From assembly GCF_036321535.1 (NCBI RefSeq), contig NC_087436.1, positions 106,704,001-106,768,000 on the forward strand: DNA of 64,000 bases, written 5' to 3'. Position numbers and translations under genes: made by a program. This DNA is from Camelus dromedarius (lineage: Eukaryota). The number at the start of each line of letters is the position of its first letter. The stretch's first letter is position 1. The notes below the pieces were generated by a model. That model worked only from the letters and a program-made list of their open reading frames with translations. It was not told the origin of the DNA and made no database searches. This document shows positions 50,502-63,300 of this stretch, one piece after another.

Positions 50502-51744
50502 AGTGGTGCAAACACTAAGTGAGAGCCGCAAGAAAGACAGGCAGAGGGGCTACGGAGAACCAAACAGCAAGAACAGCTGCTAAAGGGGATCAGGCATCTG
50601 TGTAATGATATGTTTAGTCACTAAACACAACTATTTTATCTTAAGATAGACTCAAAATCCACTACACATGTTTATGTAAAGTCTTCTGATTCTCAGTCTG
50701 AGGAAAGTGCCTGGCTAAATGTTGTGTTGCGCTAAACTTAATTGTTGACATCTGGAATTGCTTAATGTTAATATTAACCAAAGCATCTGACTAAATAAAA
50801 TGTTATGGGAGAGAGGTCCGTTCTGAAAATTTATTGTCTGATGTTAACATAGGTTAACTATAGAGTTTAATGGAAAACCTTCTAAGTATGTATAAAAAAT
50901 AATCAATAGTTACCAATGATTGTGACCAATCTTGATTTTTAACTTAGTTTAATTTTAAATATTAAATCATATTTTTTGAGTCACATATGTGAGAGACCTT
51001 ATTCATATAAAATCCATATTATGAAGATCCATTGCAAAGATCCACATATAGAAAAATATAGAAATATATATATATATATATATATATTTGGGTCTTTATA
51101 ATATGAAAATATATACATAGGCTCATGGCTTGGCATCTTCATCTATTATGAACCATGAGAACACTAGAGAGGATGCAAATGTGCAAATATTGACCATATG
51201 TACTTTTACTGTTTAATTCATTTTGAAGATTTCCATCATCCATTGTAACAGACAACTTATCCTTCATATGTGCCTCATATTCTACCCATCTATAATTGAC
51301 TAAAAGAAAATATTTCGAGGAACTATAGTTTCCCTAAAGAATAGTACAACTAAATGTAAAAAAAAAAAAATAAGTCGAAGATAGATGTGCACATTCATGC
51401 AGGGGAGGGCATGTTTAGATACATCTGCTTGTTTTGCAGCAGATACTGGTGGTGTCTATAATAGAATAAGGAATTCAAAGAAATTATGTAGATTGGCCTT
51501 GGGAAATTCAGAAGCATCTGACAGCCTTGAGCTAGACTGAAAAGAAACACTTTAACAGAGCATCTTAACCCAATTAAATAGCTATCCCCAGGCGTCTTTG
51601 CTGTAGTAAGTAATTGAAACCAATGACAAATGTTCTGCTTTCATAAAGGGCATAGTGTTAGAAAAACCTAAACATCTTTCAGCTGTTATTACTTTTTTTT
51701 CACTCTTGGAAAGTAAAAAATTTGAAAATACTCGATAGGAAGTG

Positions 51745-52587
51745 GCCAAAATAACAAGTAAGGGGCCATATCAAATGGACATAGAAGGTATCCTGAGAGA
51801 GCGCCCAATGACCAAAGCAAGAATAATTTGAACAATGAAATAAATGATATAGTATTTAATTATAACCCAAGGTGTAAATATACACATATCATATGGATAC
51901 AAATGAATGATCAAATAAATAAATGGAGGAGAATAGACAAGTCTTCCTTGCAGAATGTTGATACACTCTAAGTTTTCAGTGTGGATTGGACTTAGTGGCT
52001 TATTTCCAACCTACAGAGTATAAAAAGAAATAATAACTTTGGAGTGGAGAATCCCAGCAAGCACTACCTGTGGGCAAATCAATATTATCAATGATCTCAT
52101 ACGGATGGCATGTACTCTCTGATGTGGTATCATAAGAAGGGCACTCACCTCTGTGGTGTTTCTTCCCAAAACCCATAACCTCATTCTAATCATGAGACTA
52201 TATCAGATAAACCACATTTAAGGAAGAATATTCGACCAGTGGAGCTCAAAACTGTGAAGGTCATGAAAAACTAGGAAAGACTGAGAGAATGTCACAGAGC
52301 AGATAAAACCAGGAGACATGACACCGAAATGCAGGCAGGATTCTGGACTGGGTCTTAGAACAGAAACAAGAGAAAAATGTTAAAAACCGGTGAAACTCTT
52401 AACTCCCAGAGTTTAGTTAAAGTGTAATATATCAGTGTTGGTTTCTTACTTTTCACAAATGTAAGATGATAATGTAAAATAATATTAGAAGAAACTAAAA
52501 TTGGGTAAGTAGTATAAAGGTATAATTCAAACTATCTTTGCAACTTTTCTGTAAATCTAAAATTATTCCAAAGTAAAAAGTTTATTC
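51745..52587 (+). mobile_element. L1MC/MD-type 3'UTR
   Basis: cccaatgaccaaagc...ttcttcccaaaacccataacc...tctttgcaacttttctgtaaatctaaaattattccaa. Confidence 0.85.
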
Positions 52588-52799
52588 AAACTGTTTGAAG
52601 AAAACATTCTTGTGGAAACAAAGTTTGTTAAGTCTCTGGGTCTTACAATATGTGGTTCTTGTGACTGCTCTGTGCTTTAAAAATTGTCAGATTTTGTTGT
52701 TACACATGCTCACCATTAAAATTAATTTATTTGTAACATTTCTGTTTAAAGAAGTTATAAAAAGTAACCTTATATTATACACAGATAACATTGAGACTT

Positions 52800-53285
52800 C
52801 AGGCAGATAATATCTAGATAAGAGACAATGTTGATTGCAAAGGAAGCGGTGAAAAATGGTTAGTTCATGGATATAGTTTGAAGATAAAATCAGCATATTT
52901 GTTGAAGCATTAGAGGGTACGAGAGAAAACACCGATTCAAAGATTTCTCTATGGTTTTCATGATGAGAAACTGGAAGGATGGTGTTACCATTAATTGAGA
53001 TGAGAAAGACTTCAAGCAGGTTTCTGAGAAGAGGAAAAAGGATCATGACTCAGATTTGGATATATTATCTTAATACATTAGGCTTAAGATACCTATTTAA
53101 GCCGTATGTTAAACATTTAAAAAATGTATTTTAGAGAAGATCTCCAAGCTAGAGATATAAATTTAGTAGTTATTAGCATATAGATGAAAACAAGTGATAA
53201 CAACAAGGAAGTGAATCATGCAAAGAAAAGAGAAGAGATCTCTGGGTTCCTCCAGTACTAAGAGATTAGGCAGATGAAGGGACCC
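52800..53285 (-). mobile_element. L2 fragment
   Basis: ggatatagtttgaag...aactggaaggatggtgttaccattaattgagatg...tattagcatatagatg. Confidence 0.75.
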
Positions 53286-53289
53286 GAAT

Positions 53290-56200
53290 ATGGTAAACGA
53301 GAGTTTCCTGGCCATGGCACAAGGAGTGAAACCCAGGTCACCTTGGTGGACAACCTGAGTTAAGAAGATATAGCTTAGAGTTCAAAGAGAAAACAGGTGG
53401 CAAGAATTTACACTGAAGAATATCAAAGAGGAGAGCATTTCAGAGAGAAAACTCTGGTTATGTGCACAGGGCACATGCAGTCTCAGGTGTTCGGCAGGGA
53501 AATAATCACAATACACTCATGAGGAAACCAACAAAGTCTAAAGAAAGAACCCATCTGAGAGAATTAGAAGGAAGAGCGCCTGGCACTCTCAAGAGGCTGG
53601 AAATAGTGCCTATTTCTAACAAATAGATTGAAAGGGAAAAGAAAAAAAAAAACACATAATGCACAGGGTATTGGGTGGAGTGCTCAGAAGTTTGTCTTGG
53701 ACCAAATGCCGCTCTGGTCCTGCCTAGGAAAAACTTAAAAGAAACACTAACGGGTTATAGTGCTTCCAAATAAATAGTGTCCTAATACAGAGCTCAAGAA
53801 TATTTATAGAAATACACACACACACAAATTCAGCACCCATCAAAATAAAATCCGTCATGTCTGGCACCCAATCAAAAATTAGAAAGCATGTAAATAATCA
53901 GAAAAAACATGACCTTAATAAAGAGAAAAACTGGTCAATTGAAACTGATACAGATGTGACACAGAGGTTAGAATTAGTGGGGAAGGATAATAAAACAAGT
54001 GTTATCACTGTACTCCATATATTCACAAAGCTACAGGAAAAACTGAACATGTTAAGCAGAGATATAGAATATATATTTTAAAAGACCCATGTTAAACTCT
54101 AGAGATAAAAACTACAATATGTGAGATTAAAAATATATTTTATGAAATTAATGGAAAATTAGATCTTGCAAAAGAAAAAAATAATGAACTTAAAGATATA
54201 TAAGTAAAAACTATTCAAGAAAACACAAAAAGAATAAAGAATGAAAAAATGAACATTAATCAGCCAGATATGCTCTCACTTGAAAGAACCCTCACTGAAA
54301 GAGGGAGGAGGGCACAGAAAAATAATTTGTGGTAATAATGATTTTTCAAATTTTCCAAATTTAAAGATAACTATAAAGCAACATATCCATGAAGCTCAAC
54401 ACACCCCTAAGTTAAAAAAAATTGTAATAATAAAAACTTGAAGAAAACATCCCCAAAACACATAATAATCAAATTGCTCAAAACCAGCAGTAAAGAGACA
54501 TTTTAAAATCAGCTAGAGAGGGAAAAATATACATGTGAAGTATCAGAGCCAAGAGCAACCTAAGAAAAAATAAAAACTAAATACAATGCTGTATCTTGGA
54601 CGGAATCCTCAAACAGAAAAAAAATTTAAAAGATTAAGTGAAAACTAAGGAACTTTGAATAAAATACTGACTTTAGTTAACAAGAATGTTTCAGTATCAG
54701 TTCAATAGCTGCAACAAATGTACCATACTAATCTAAGATGTAAATAATAGAAGAAACTGAATGCACGCAGTATGTGGAAACTTCTTGTACTATTTCAGCA
54801 TTTTTTTTGGTAAATATAAAATTTTAAAAAATTTCTTTTTTTAAAAAAAGTATGTACAGAAGTATACAAATAAAAATAATGGCAGATATTTTTTCCAGAA
54901 ACAATGTAATTGAGAGAACCAGAAAACAATCTTTAATATATTAATGTCAACCTAAAATTCTACATTTTAAAAAATAAGTAGAGAATAGAATTAAAATTCT
55001 ACACCTTTGAAAAGTAAATATAGAATAGAGAAATTTTCAGTCATACAAAAGCTGAAATAAAAGCAGGCCCTGTTGGTAAGAAATGTTAAAGGAAGTACTT
55101 CAAGCAGAAAAAAAGGAGACTAGATAGAAATTCAGATCTACACCAGAAAATAACACTAGAAATGGTAGCCACTTGGGTAAATGTATAAGGTTATTATTTT
55201 TATGATTTATATCTTATTAAAAGTCATTATTTTTAAGAATTAATTAACTGTGGTATAAAAAATGCAGCATATATAAAAGCAAAATCATAAAACCGAAAGC
55301 TGGTTGTTTGAGACCGATAAAATGGATAAACATTTAGGCAGACTGAGCAGGATAAAAGAGAGAAAACTTAAATCTACTATATCAGAAATAAGATGACATT
55401 ACTACAGATTCAACAGATATTAAAATTACAATGAATGATTTGAACAATTTTATACCAATAAGTTTACTAACTTAGGCAAAATGAGCAAATTATTTAAGAG
55501 ATACAAACTACCAGTCTCAGTCAAGAAGAAATAGCTTGAGCAAAGCTATATCTGCTTAAATTATAAACTCGTAGTTATAAAAAGAAATCCTGGCCCAGAT
55601 AGCTTCACTGGTGAATTCTTCTAAGTATTGAAGGAAAAAACCCAGCAGTTTGCCATAAACTCTTCCAAAAATTGAAGATAAGGGGATACTTCCCAACTGA
55701 TTTGAACTCTATCCTAGTTCAAAAGCCAGACAAGACATTAGAGGAAAACAAAACTGGAGACCAATATCTTCAGTGAATATTGGTGCAAAAATTCTTTAAA
55801 ATTCTTTTAAAAATAGAATTCAACAAATTATCAAAAGGATATTATATCACCACAAAGCGGGACTTACCCAAGAAATCCAAAGATTGGCTTATGATTTGAA
55901 AATCAGTGTAAATCACCATTTTAACAAAGCAAAAATTTAAAACCACACAATCATATCAATACAGGAAAAAAATCATTTGATAGGTTCCACTATTCATTAT
56001 TGATTTAAAACAATAAGAACAACAACACAACTTTCAACCGTGAAAGGGACCTCTTGAATCTGTTAATGAACATCCAATAAAAATCTCAGTTAACATCGCA
56101 ACAAACACTGAAAAACTAGAGATTTTTATCTCTACGATTAGAACAGGCAGGGTATTCACTTTCTACTCAATGTATTACTGTGGTCTGAGCCAGTATAATG

Positions 56201-58130
56201 GGAAGATAAGACTAAATAAATAAATAGAAACATTCAGGTGGAAAGGAAGCTTTACTCCCAGTTGGCATGATGATCTATGTAGAAAATACTATTGAATCCA
56301 CCACAAAATGGCTAGAACTAATAAGTGAGTTTAACATGGTGCAGTATATACATTCAAGAACAACAATTGTATTTGTGCATATATATATGTATACACAATC
56401 AAAACTTTAAATTTAAAAATGAATACTATTTGGAATAATGCGAAAACATATTACATAGGAGAAAATAGGAGAAAATCTGCAAATTACATGCAGTAACTGT
56501 ACATGGTAGTTGCAAAACATTGGTGAGATACAGTTACCTAAATAAAAGATTTGCTATGCTCATGGTTCTGAAGACTCGATATTATTACAATGTCAATTTT
56601 CCCTGAATTGAATGATAGAGTCAATATAATTTCAATCAAAATCTCAACAGGCTATATTGTAGAAATTGATGAGATAATTCTAAAATTCTGACTCCATGTA
56701 AAAGGCCTAAAATAGCCAAAACAACTTTGAAAGGGAAGGTGTCAAGATTTGTTATAAAACTATAGTGATTGAGATAGTTTAGTATTGATATAAGGATAAA
56801 TTAATGGAACAAAATAGAAAGTTCAGATATAGACATATATATATGTCTATATATATATAGGCAATGTATTTCCCCAAAAAGGGAAAAATATACTTTTTTA
56901 AAAAAAGCTGTGCTGGACATGGATATTTACATGACCCCAAAATGAACTTCAGTCCATAGTTTGCACCATATACAGAAATTAAAAATAGACCACAGGCTTA
57001 AATATAAAACCTAAAACTTTAAAACTCATTAAAAAGATAAGAGGAAATATTTGTGATCTTTGAATAGGTAAAGGCTTCTTATGCGCAACACCAAAATCCT
57101 GATCCATATAAGGAAAAATTTATATATTAGACTTATATTGACATTAGAAAGTTCTGTTCGTTGAAGGACACAGTTCAGAGAGTGAAAAGAAAAAACACAG
57201 GTTGGTAGAACTTTTTAACAATTATATATCAATTAAAGACTGTGTTGAGACTATATAAAAACTCTCCAAACTCAAAAACAAGAGAACAAACAACCCAATA
57301 ACAAAGTGGGAAAATATTTGAATAAATACTTTACCAAGGAAGAAAAAAGGACGGCCCAACAAGCGCATGAAAACATGCTCAATGTCCTTAGTCATTAGGT
57401 CCATGCAAATTAAAGCCACAATGAGATTCAACTGCACGTCTATTAGAATGACTAAAATTTAAGACTAACTATATGAAATATTGTGAGGATAAGGAGCAGA
57501 TGAAATTTCCTATACTGTTCCTGGGAATATAAAATGCTAAAACCAGTTTGGAAAAAAAAAATACATAAAAAAATTAAACATATGTCTACAGTATGATCAT
57601 TCTACTGCTAGGCATTTACTTAAGAGAGTTGAACACATAGGTTCATTCAAAGACTTGTACTTGAATATTCATAGCATCTTTATTCTAGTTAAAACTAGAA
57701 TTAACCCAAATGTCCATCACAGGTGAATGGATAACGGAATTGTGTAAATCCATACAATGGACTACAACTCAACAATAAAATGGAATGAGCTATTGGTACA
57801 CTCAAAAATGTGGATGACTCTGAAAGAAAATTGTGCTGAGTGAAAGAAAAGAGACCAAAAAAGACTAAATACTGTATAACACTATTCGTATAAAACTCTA
57901 GAAAGTGTAACTAATCTTTACTGACAGACGGATCAGTGGTTGCCTGGTGAGGGGGATTTGGGGTAGGATGATGACATGCTTACCGGGAAACTTTGGGGGA
58001 TGATGGATATGCTCATTATTTTTTCTGGCATTGGTTTCAAGGGGATAAGTATATGTCAAATTTTGTCAAATTGTACACTAAAATGCACGTAGTTTTTTAT
58101 CAACTGTAACAATCAATAAAGCTGTTAGAT
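53290..58130 (+). mobile_element. long decayed L1M (5' region, ORF1, ORF2 with internal deletions, 3'UTR)
   Basis: gagagtttcctggcc 5' region; ggcccagatagcttcactggtgaattc (PGPDGFTGEF); gaccaatatctt; ends caataaagctgtt. Confidence 0.9.
54545..54835 (+). mobile_element. L1MC/MD-type 3' end nested in the ORF1 region of the host L1
   Basis: actaaatacaatgctgtatcttgga...caaatgtaccatactaat...ggaaacttcttgtacta. Confidence 0.7.
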
Positions 58131-58196
58131 AATGCCTAGCCCATGGTAATTGCTAGTACATATTTGTTGAATAATTGAATGGATAAATGAGTGAGG
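58130..58196 (+). mobile_element. L2 3' tail
   Basis: tgcctagcccatggta...tatttgttgaataattgaatggataaatga. Confidence 0.65.
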
Positions 58197-60334
58197 GTAT
58201 TAATTATTGGCTCTACTTGTAGAAAAATTAAAGCATATGAAAAAAGAACCAGATCACATAACAAAATGATTACTGGGAAATCATCAAGTGCCACCTCCTT
58301 TCAAAAAAATTGCATGAACAGTACCTAAATAAAACGCACACTTTTTTTTATAGTAGTATGACTACTGATTCCCAAATATAGCAGAATTGTGAAGTGACAA
58401 GAGAAAGAAAATAAATATCTTTCCTGTTATTTTTATGATAAGGAGAAATATGTCCATTCTGAACAAATTAGTAATCTATATATACAGTGTTCACAGTAAG
58501 TTTCATTAATAAATATATGTATAGCCAGAAAATCCACTATTTCCCAGCTGTTTAAAAAAAATAGCTTCGTTTTTCTGAAAGTCTACAAAACAATAACTGG
58601 GGAGGATCGTTTTTATGGCAGAGATATTGTTCACTTTGTAAGAAAGTTCACAGAGGAATTATTGAAGTATCAGGCTTTGCCAGTGCATTCAGCTGTTAGT
58701 TATCAGATCGTTAACTACTTTACAGGATGAGGTTAAACTGGAGAGAAATGAAGTTAATACACAAAAATGGAGAATCGGAACTACTTTGAATTGACTATAC
58801 ACCAGAAATAAGAGTTTAAGTTCTTTTGGAAAAACTAATATAAGTCAATGGAAAAAATACACATGTTTAACAAAAATTCAGTTTATGATACATTTTTAAG
58901 ATGATGTCTGTAGTGGGATATAGTGTTATCCCTGTATCCCTATGTGTGTAGAGGATGCTTGGACCGAAGAGATAAGTAAGCTGACTAAGATTTGACGAAT
59001 TGAATATATATCATATTTAGTTAGAACATATTCAGATAAAAACCATCAATGTTTCTCATCCCCAAAGAGAGCATATGTGAGGAAATTTGTGAGCACTATC
59101 TCAAACTTAATGCATCATTCTAGACCTCCTTAGACCACCTTGCCTTTGCAGGTATGTCTCCATGGAACCAAGGGAAAGTACAGTTGATAAACCAGTGACA
59201 TTTATCCTCATTCACTATTGTGGCCTGAGCTAAGTGATGTGTGAAACTGCCCTGGGTATGGCTCTGTGACCTCAATACTCTGTAAAGTTGTGATATGTGG
59301 GTATAGTCTTTTTTTATTAGCATGCATGTCAGAGAACCAGACCAACACACATCTTTTATTTCATTCGGTAAAAAAGTGAGATTCAGCTCTATAGCAACCA
59401 GTATAGTGGGATATAATGACCCCACAATATAACTAGGAAGAGCCAGGTTGAATCATCTTTGTGTTCACAGATAAATATTTTCAGAAACCGTAGATTTAAA
59501 ACAAACCAGCAACCAAACAAGCAAACAAACAAACATAATCGCTTCTCTTAATCTGTTATCCCTACTTGGAAGCCAATATGTTCATTGAGCACTGCTAACA
59601 ATTTTGTTGGTTACATTTACTCCAAACAGACATTTGTGCTGAAGCATCAGTGGTACACCAGAGGAGTAACACTTTATATCACTGATTTTCACTAGGCACT
59701 GAGACACACCACAGGGCACCATCCTACCATATCAAGCATCACTGTCTTTTCCACTGGGCACCATTTTTCATATCCCTCTGCTGATGTGCCAAGGCAGTGT
59801 CATGTTCTTCTCGTCCAGCCAATCAACATTTAAAAGAGTCTGCTACTTGATGACAAGGAGACAATGGTTAACTGAAATAGACCACCCTTGTTCTTAATAA
59901 GCTTTCAACGGGGGACTGCTACACAATTTAGAAGAGTGTCTGGACCCAACCAGAGGGTTGGAGAAATAGAGAGGGGCTAGACTGGGCAAAGCTTTACCTT
60001 AAAAGCAATGGGGGGTCGTCAAAGTGTTATGGGGAATACATGGTCATGTGTGCTTTTTTGAAAAAGGGCTGCCTGGTTGCAGTGAGCCAAAAAGAATAGA
60101 TGTGGAGAAAGTACTGATAAGCCTCTTGTTTCAGCCCACCTGAGGTAAGAAGGGTTGCATCAATCTGAGAGAGTTTCAGAGGGAAAAAATCAGGACTGGT
60201 GATAGATTGAATACAGGCCATGAAGAACTGCAGGATGCTACAGGGATGGCTCCCAGGTTTCACACTTTCTCTGACAGAGAAGGGAAAACTCTCTTTGGTG
60301 TTACAACTCTTACAGGATCTCAAAGAGTGCTTTC

Positions 60335-60347
60335 TCTGTCTGCCTGC

Positions 60348-60382
<35 letters not shown>

Positions 60383-60383
60383 T
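60335..60383. repeat. (TCTG/CCTG)n(TCTA)n compound tetranucleotide microsatellite
   Basis: read directly from the sequence. Confidence 0.9.
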
Positions 60384-60389
60384 TTTAAG

Positions 60390-60642
60390 AAATCACCATT
60401 TACTGATTCCTTCCTATGTGCCAACAGAGCGTTAAATTTCTCAACATGCAATAGTGCATTTGATTCTCTGAACAATTCTATGAGCTAGATAATCACTATC
60501 TTTTTCAATGAAATGACAGGAAGAGTGAGGGACTGAGCATTAAGTAAACATGTTCAAGGCCATTCAGCTAGAATGGGGCAGAACTGGGGTTGGTAGCTTG
60601 GCAGTCTAATTCCAGAGGCCTCGTTCTTAAAAATGCTGTGCT
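60390..60642 (-). mobile_element. MIR SINE
   Basis: catttactga...ctatgtgcca...ttaagtaaacatgttcaaggccattcagctag...gtctaattccagagg. Confidence 0.8.
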
Positions 60643-60714
60643 AAACTCTAGTGAAACAGCCTTCTCCGTTTGTATTTATTGTCTCTTTATAATGCAGATA
60701 CAAATTTATGGAAG

Positions 60715-60922
60715 AAGGGTGTGTGTGTATGAATGTGTGTTTCCTTTGCGCATGGGGTTATCTGTGATACATGCAGATATGTGTGTATTAGTGTGTCACG
60801 TATGTTGCTGTATGTCTAGGTATAAGTGTGTGTTGTGTGTGTTCTTGTGTGGCATCTATCTGTGTTATCTCTATGTGCTTATGTGTGCATGTGCGTGTGT
60901 GGTATAGGTGTACGTGTGCACA
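60715..60922. repeat. degenerate (TG)n low-complexity tract
   Basis: TG-rich run read directly. Confidence 0.8.
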
Positions 60923-61789
60923 TGCTGGGCTAAGAGAGAAATCATTTCACCCTGACAAGGAAGCATTTATTCTCAAGTAGGCTTGTTATGCCCTGATCCT
61001 TTTTTTCATTAACACAGTCTTTTTCCATCCTGAGTAAAGTGCAAATTATTTTAAAAGAGAGAAGCTCTCAGGTCTCTAGCATCATATTAAGTTTATTTTT
61101 ATTATAGTGTTTCTTAACTATTTGTAGGTTTAAAGCTCTTATATAATATAAAGCAAAAATAAGTTTATAAGTTTAATACAAACAAACAAAACAAACTAAA
61201 AGTAACAGCATGAATGTACTGTGAGGGATGATGTTGGCGTGTGTAAAATTCCTCCACCATTTTCCACTCTACATGATATTGTATACTTTTTTCATTCGAT
61301 GAAACTTGATGTAATTTGGCCTACACTTCATGTAAAAACAACATTTATGCATTAAATCATTTTCCCCTTTCTTTTTCTTCTCATTATCACACAATAATTA
61401 AAATAGCATTATAGAAAAGCTAATGTTGGCACTAAAAATTCTTGAATTACAGTTACAAGTTGGTATGTTCTTATAGTGTATTTTGTTTATTTATACTTGT
61501 GTCCAAGTTGAACATAAAATTTTAAACAAAAGGCTTGGAACTCTTGAAGTCTTGTTCTAGAAACACCGCCTTTGGAGTTTGTGACCCTATAGAGGCTCTT
61601 TAGTGTCTCACACAAGCAGTTTTCTCTCTGACAATCCACCATTCCATTAACATATTCAGATCATTAGGATCCCAAGAGGGGACACAGATTGTCCTTATGC
61701 CCCCCCCAACCAAGTTCAAACAATTCCTTCTTTATAGAGATGTTATAGCTATAATCGTCACTTGCATAGCATTCAATTGAATGGTAAAA

Positions 61790-63300
61790 TTTTCATTCAT
61801 TTATTGCTTCCGCAAATATACTCACTTTAGGGCTTTGGTGTGGCACTGGGGGTACAAAGGTGGGTGAGATGAAATTTCTGCTTCAAGGACCTTAGACCAT
61901 TACCAGGTGATGATAAGAGATACAGACACCTCATCCAGTATCAGTGTCCAGAAAGAGTTTCCTGGAAGACATGATCTGTGAGCTAAATTCTGAAAGATAA
62001 GCAGCAGTAAGTTAGAGAGAGAAGGAGGGGTATTTCCAGCAGCAGAAGCAGCGTGTGAGAGGAGAACTAAAAGCAGTCGAATTTGTTTGGGTCAGAGTGT
62101 AGGGTGGTGGGAGATGAAAGGAACCATGTCCTGAAGTATCTGGCATGCCACTCTTAGGTTTTGGAATTTTGCCCTGAAGCCATGGAAAGCTGGAGCTTGA
62201 GTATCAGACAGACCTGCAGTGTATATAACAGTACTTTGAAAGTTCAGTGAAAAAAAGGTATGAAAGATGGGGGAACCCAGCACGGCCAGGATTAAGAAAA
62301 TGAATTAGCCGGATGAAATAGGAATATAATCATGGTTCAACTAGGTAGTGGTAATACAAGGGTAGAATTGATAAGATTGAAGATCTGTAAGAAGACAAAG
62401 TTTTGTTTGAACTTGCTGAAGAAATTGAAAAAAAAATTTTTTTAAGTCAAAGATAAGGCCCTGACTTCTAGCCTGGATGTCAGTGGGGATTTGAGAGCAA
62501 TCAACATTGAGCGTTCACCATATGCGATATTAGAACAAGCGTTTTATGTGTATTATTTCCCTTAATCATCTCTACATTCCTTTAAGTCTGGTTTATAATT
62601 TCTTTTTTCTTTAAGTTGAAGATCCTGACAACTCAGAGTGATTTCACAACTTGCCAGTTTTGAAACATTCACTGAGCTAGAAAACACAAGAGGAACAATA
62701 GTTGTTTGGGGAATGGAAGAGGAGTTGAATTTTGGACAAGCTGACCTTAAGTCATACCTTACGGAAGACTGAGAGCTGCACACATAGGCCATGACCACTG
62801 CACTCAGGAGTTCTGCTGAGTCCTGGATCTGCAAGTATGCAGCTGTATCTGCATGTCTGGAGCTCAGCATAAAGCACCAAGCTATGGATTTTAAATTTGG
62901 AACATCAAGTTATAGTCTCTGAAAAACAAAAGGCACTCAGTAAATGTTTATGAGTCAAATTGATGATAATTGAAGCCTTAAGAATGAGTAAGAGCATTCC
63001 AGGAGTGTGTGTAGAGAAGAGGGTTATATTACAAATGCATTTCAAGACTGGGCAATTGAAGGAACACCATGAAAAAGACGATGAAGATTTAGCCAGAGCT
63101 CTAGGGTGAAAACCAAGAGGGTTGTGTCTCAGAAATCAAAGGATGAGAAGGTTTCAGAAGGAGAATCCTGCCACCAGGGTCAAATGTTACCAAAAGTCAA
63201 GGAAGAAAACTTGGAAAGGCGACATGGGATTTAGCTGCAAGGAAGTCTAAGAAGAGTTTTGATGCATGGAGAGGGATGAGAATTAAGCAGGGGTGGTAGA
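61790..63300 (-). mobile_element. L2 element (long, decayed) with a MIR fragment at about 62495-62650
   Basis: ttcattcatttatt...ggcactgggggtacaaag...gagttgaattttggacaagctg...ccagggtcaaatgttacc. Confidence 0.7.
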
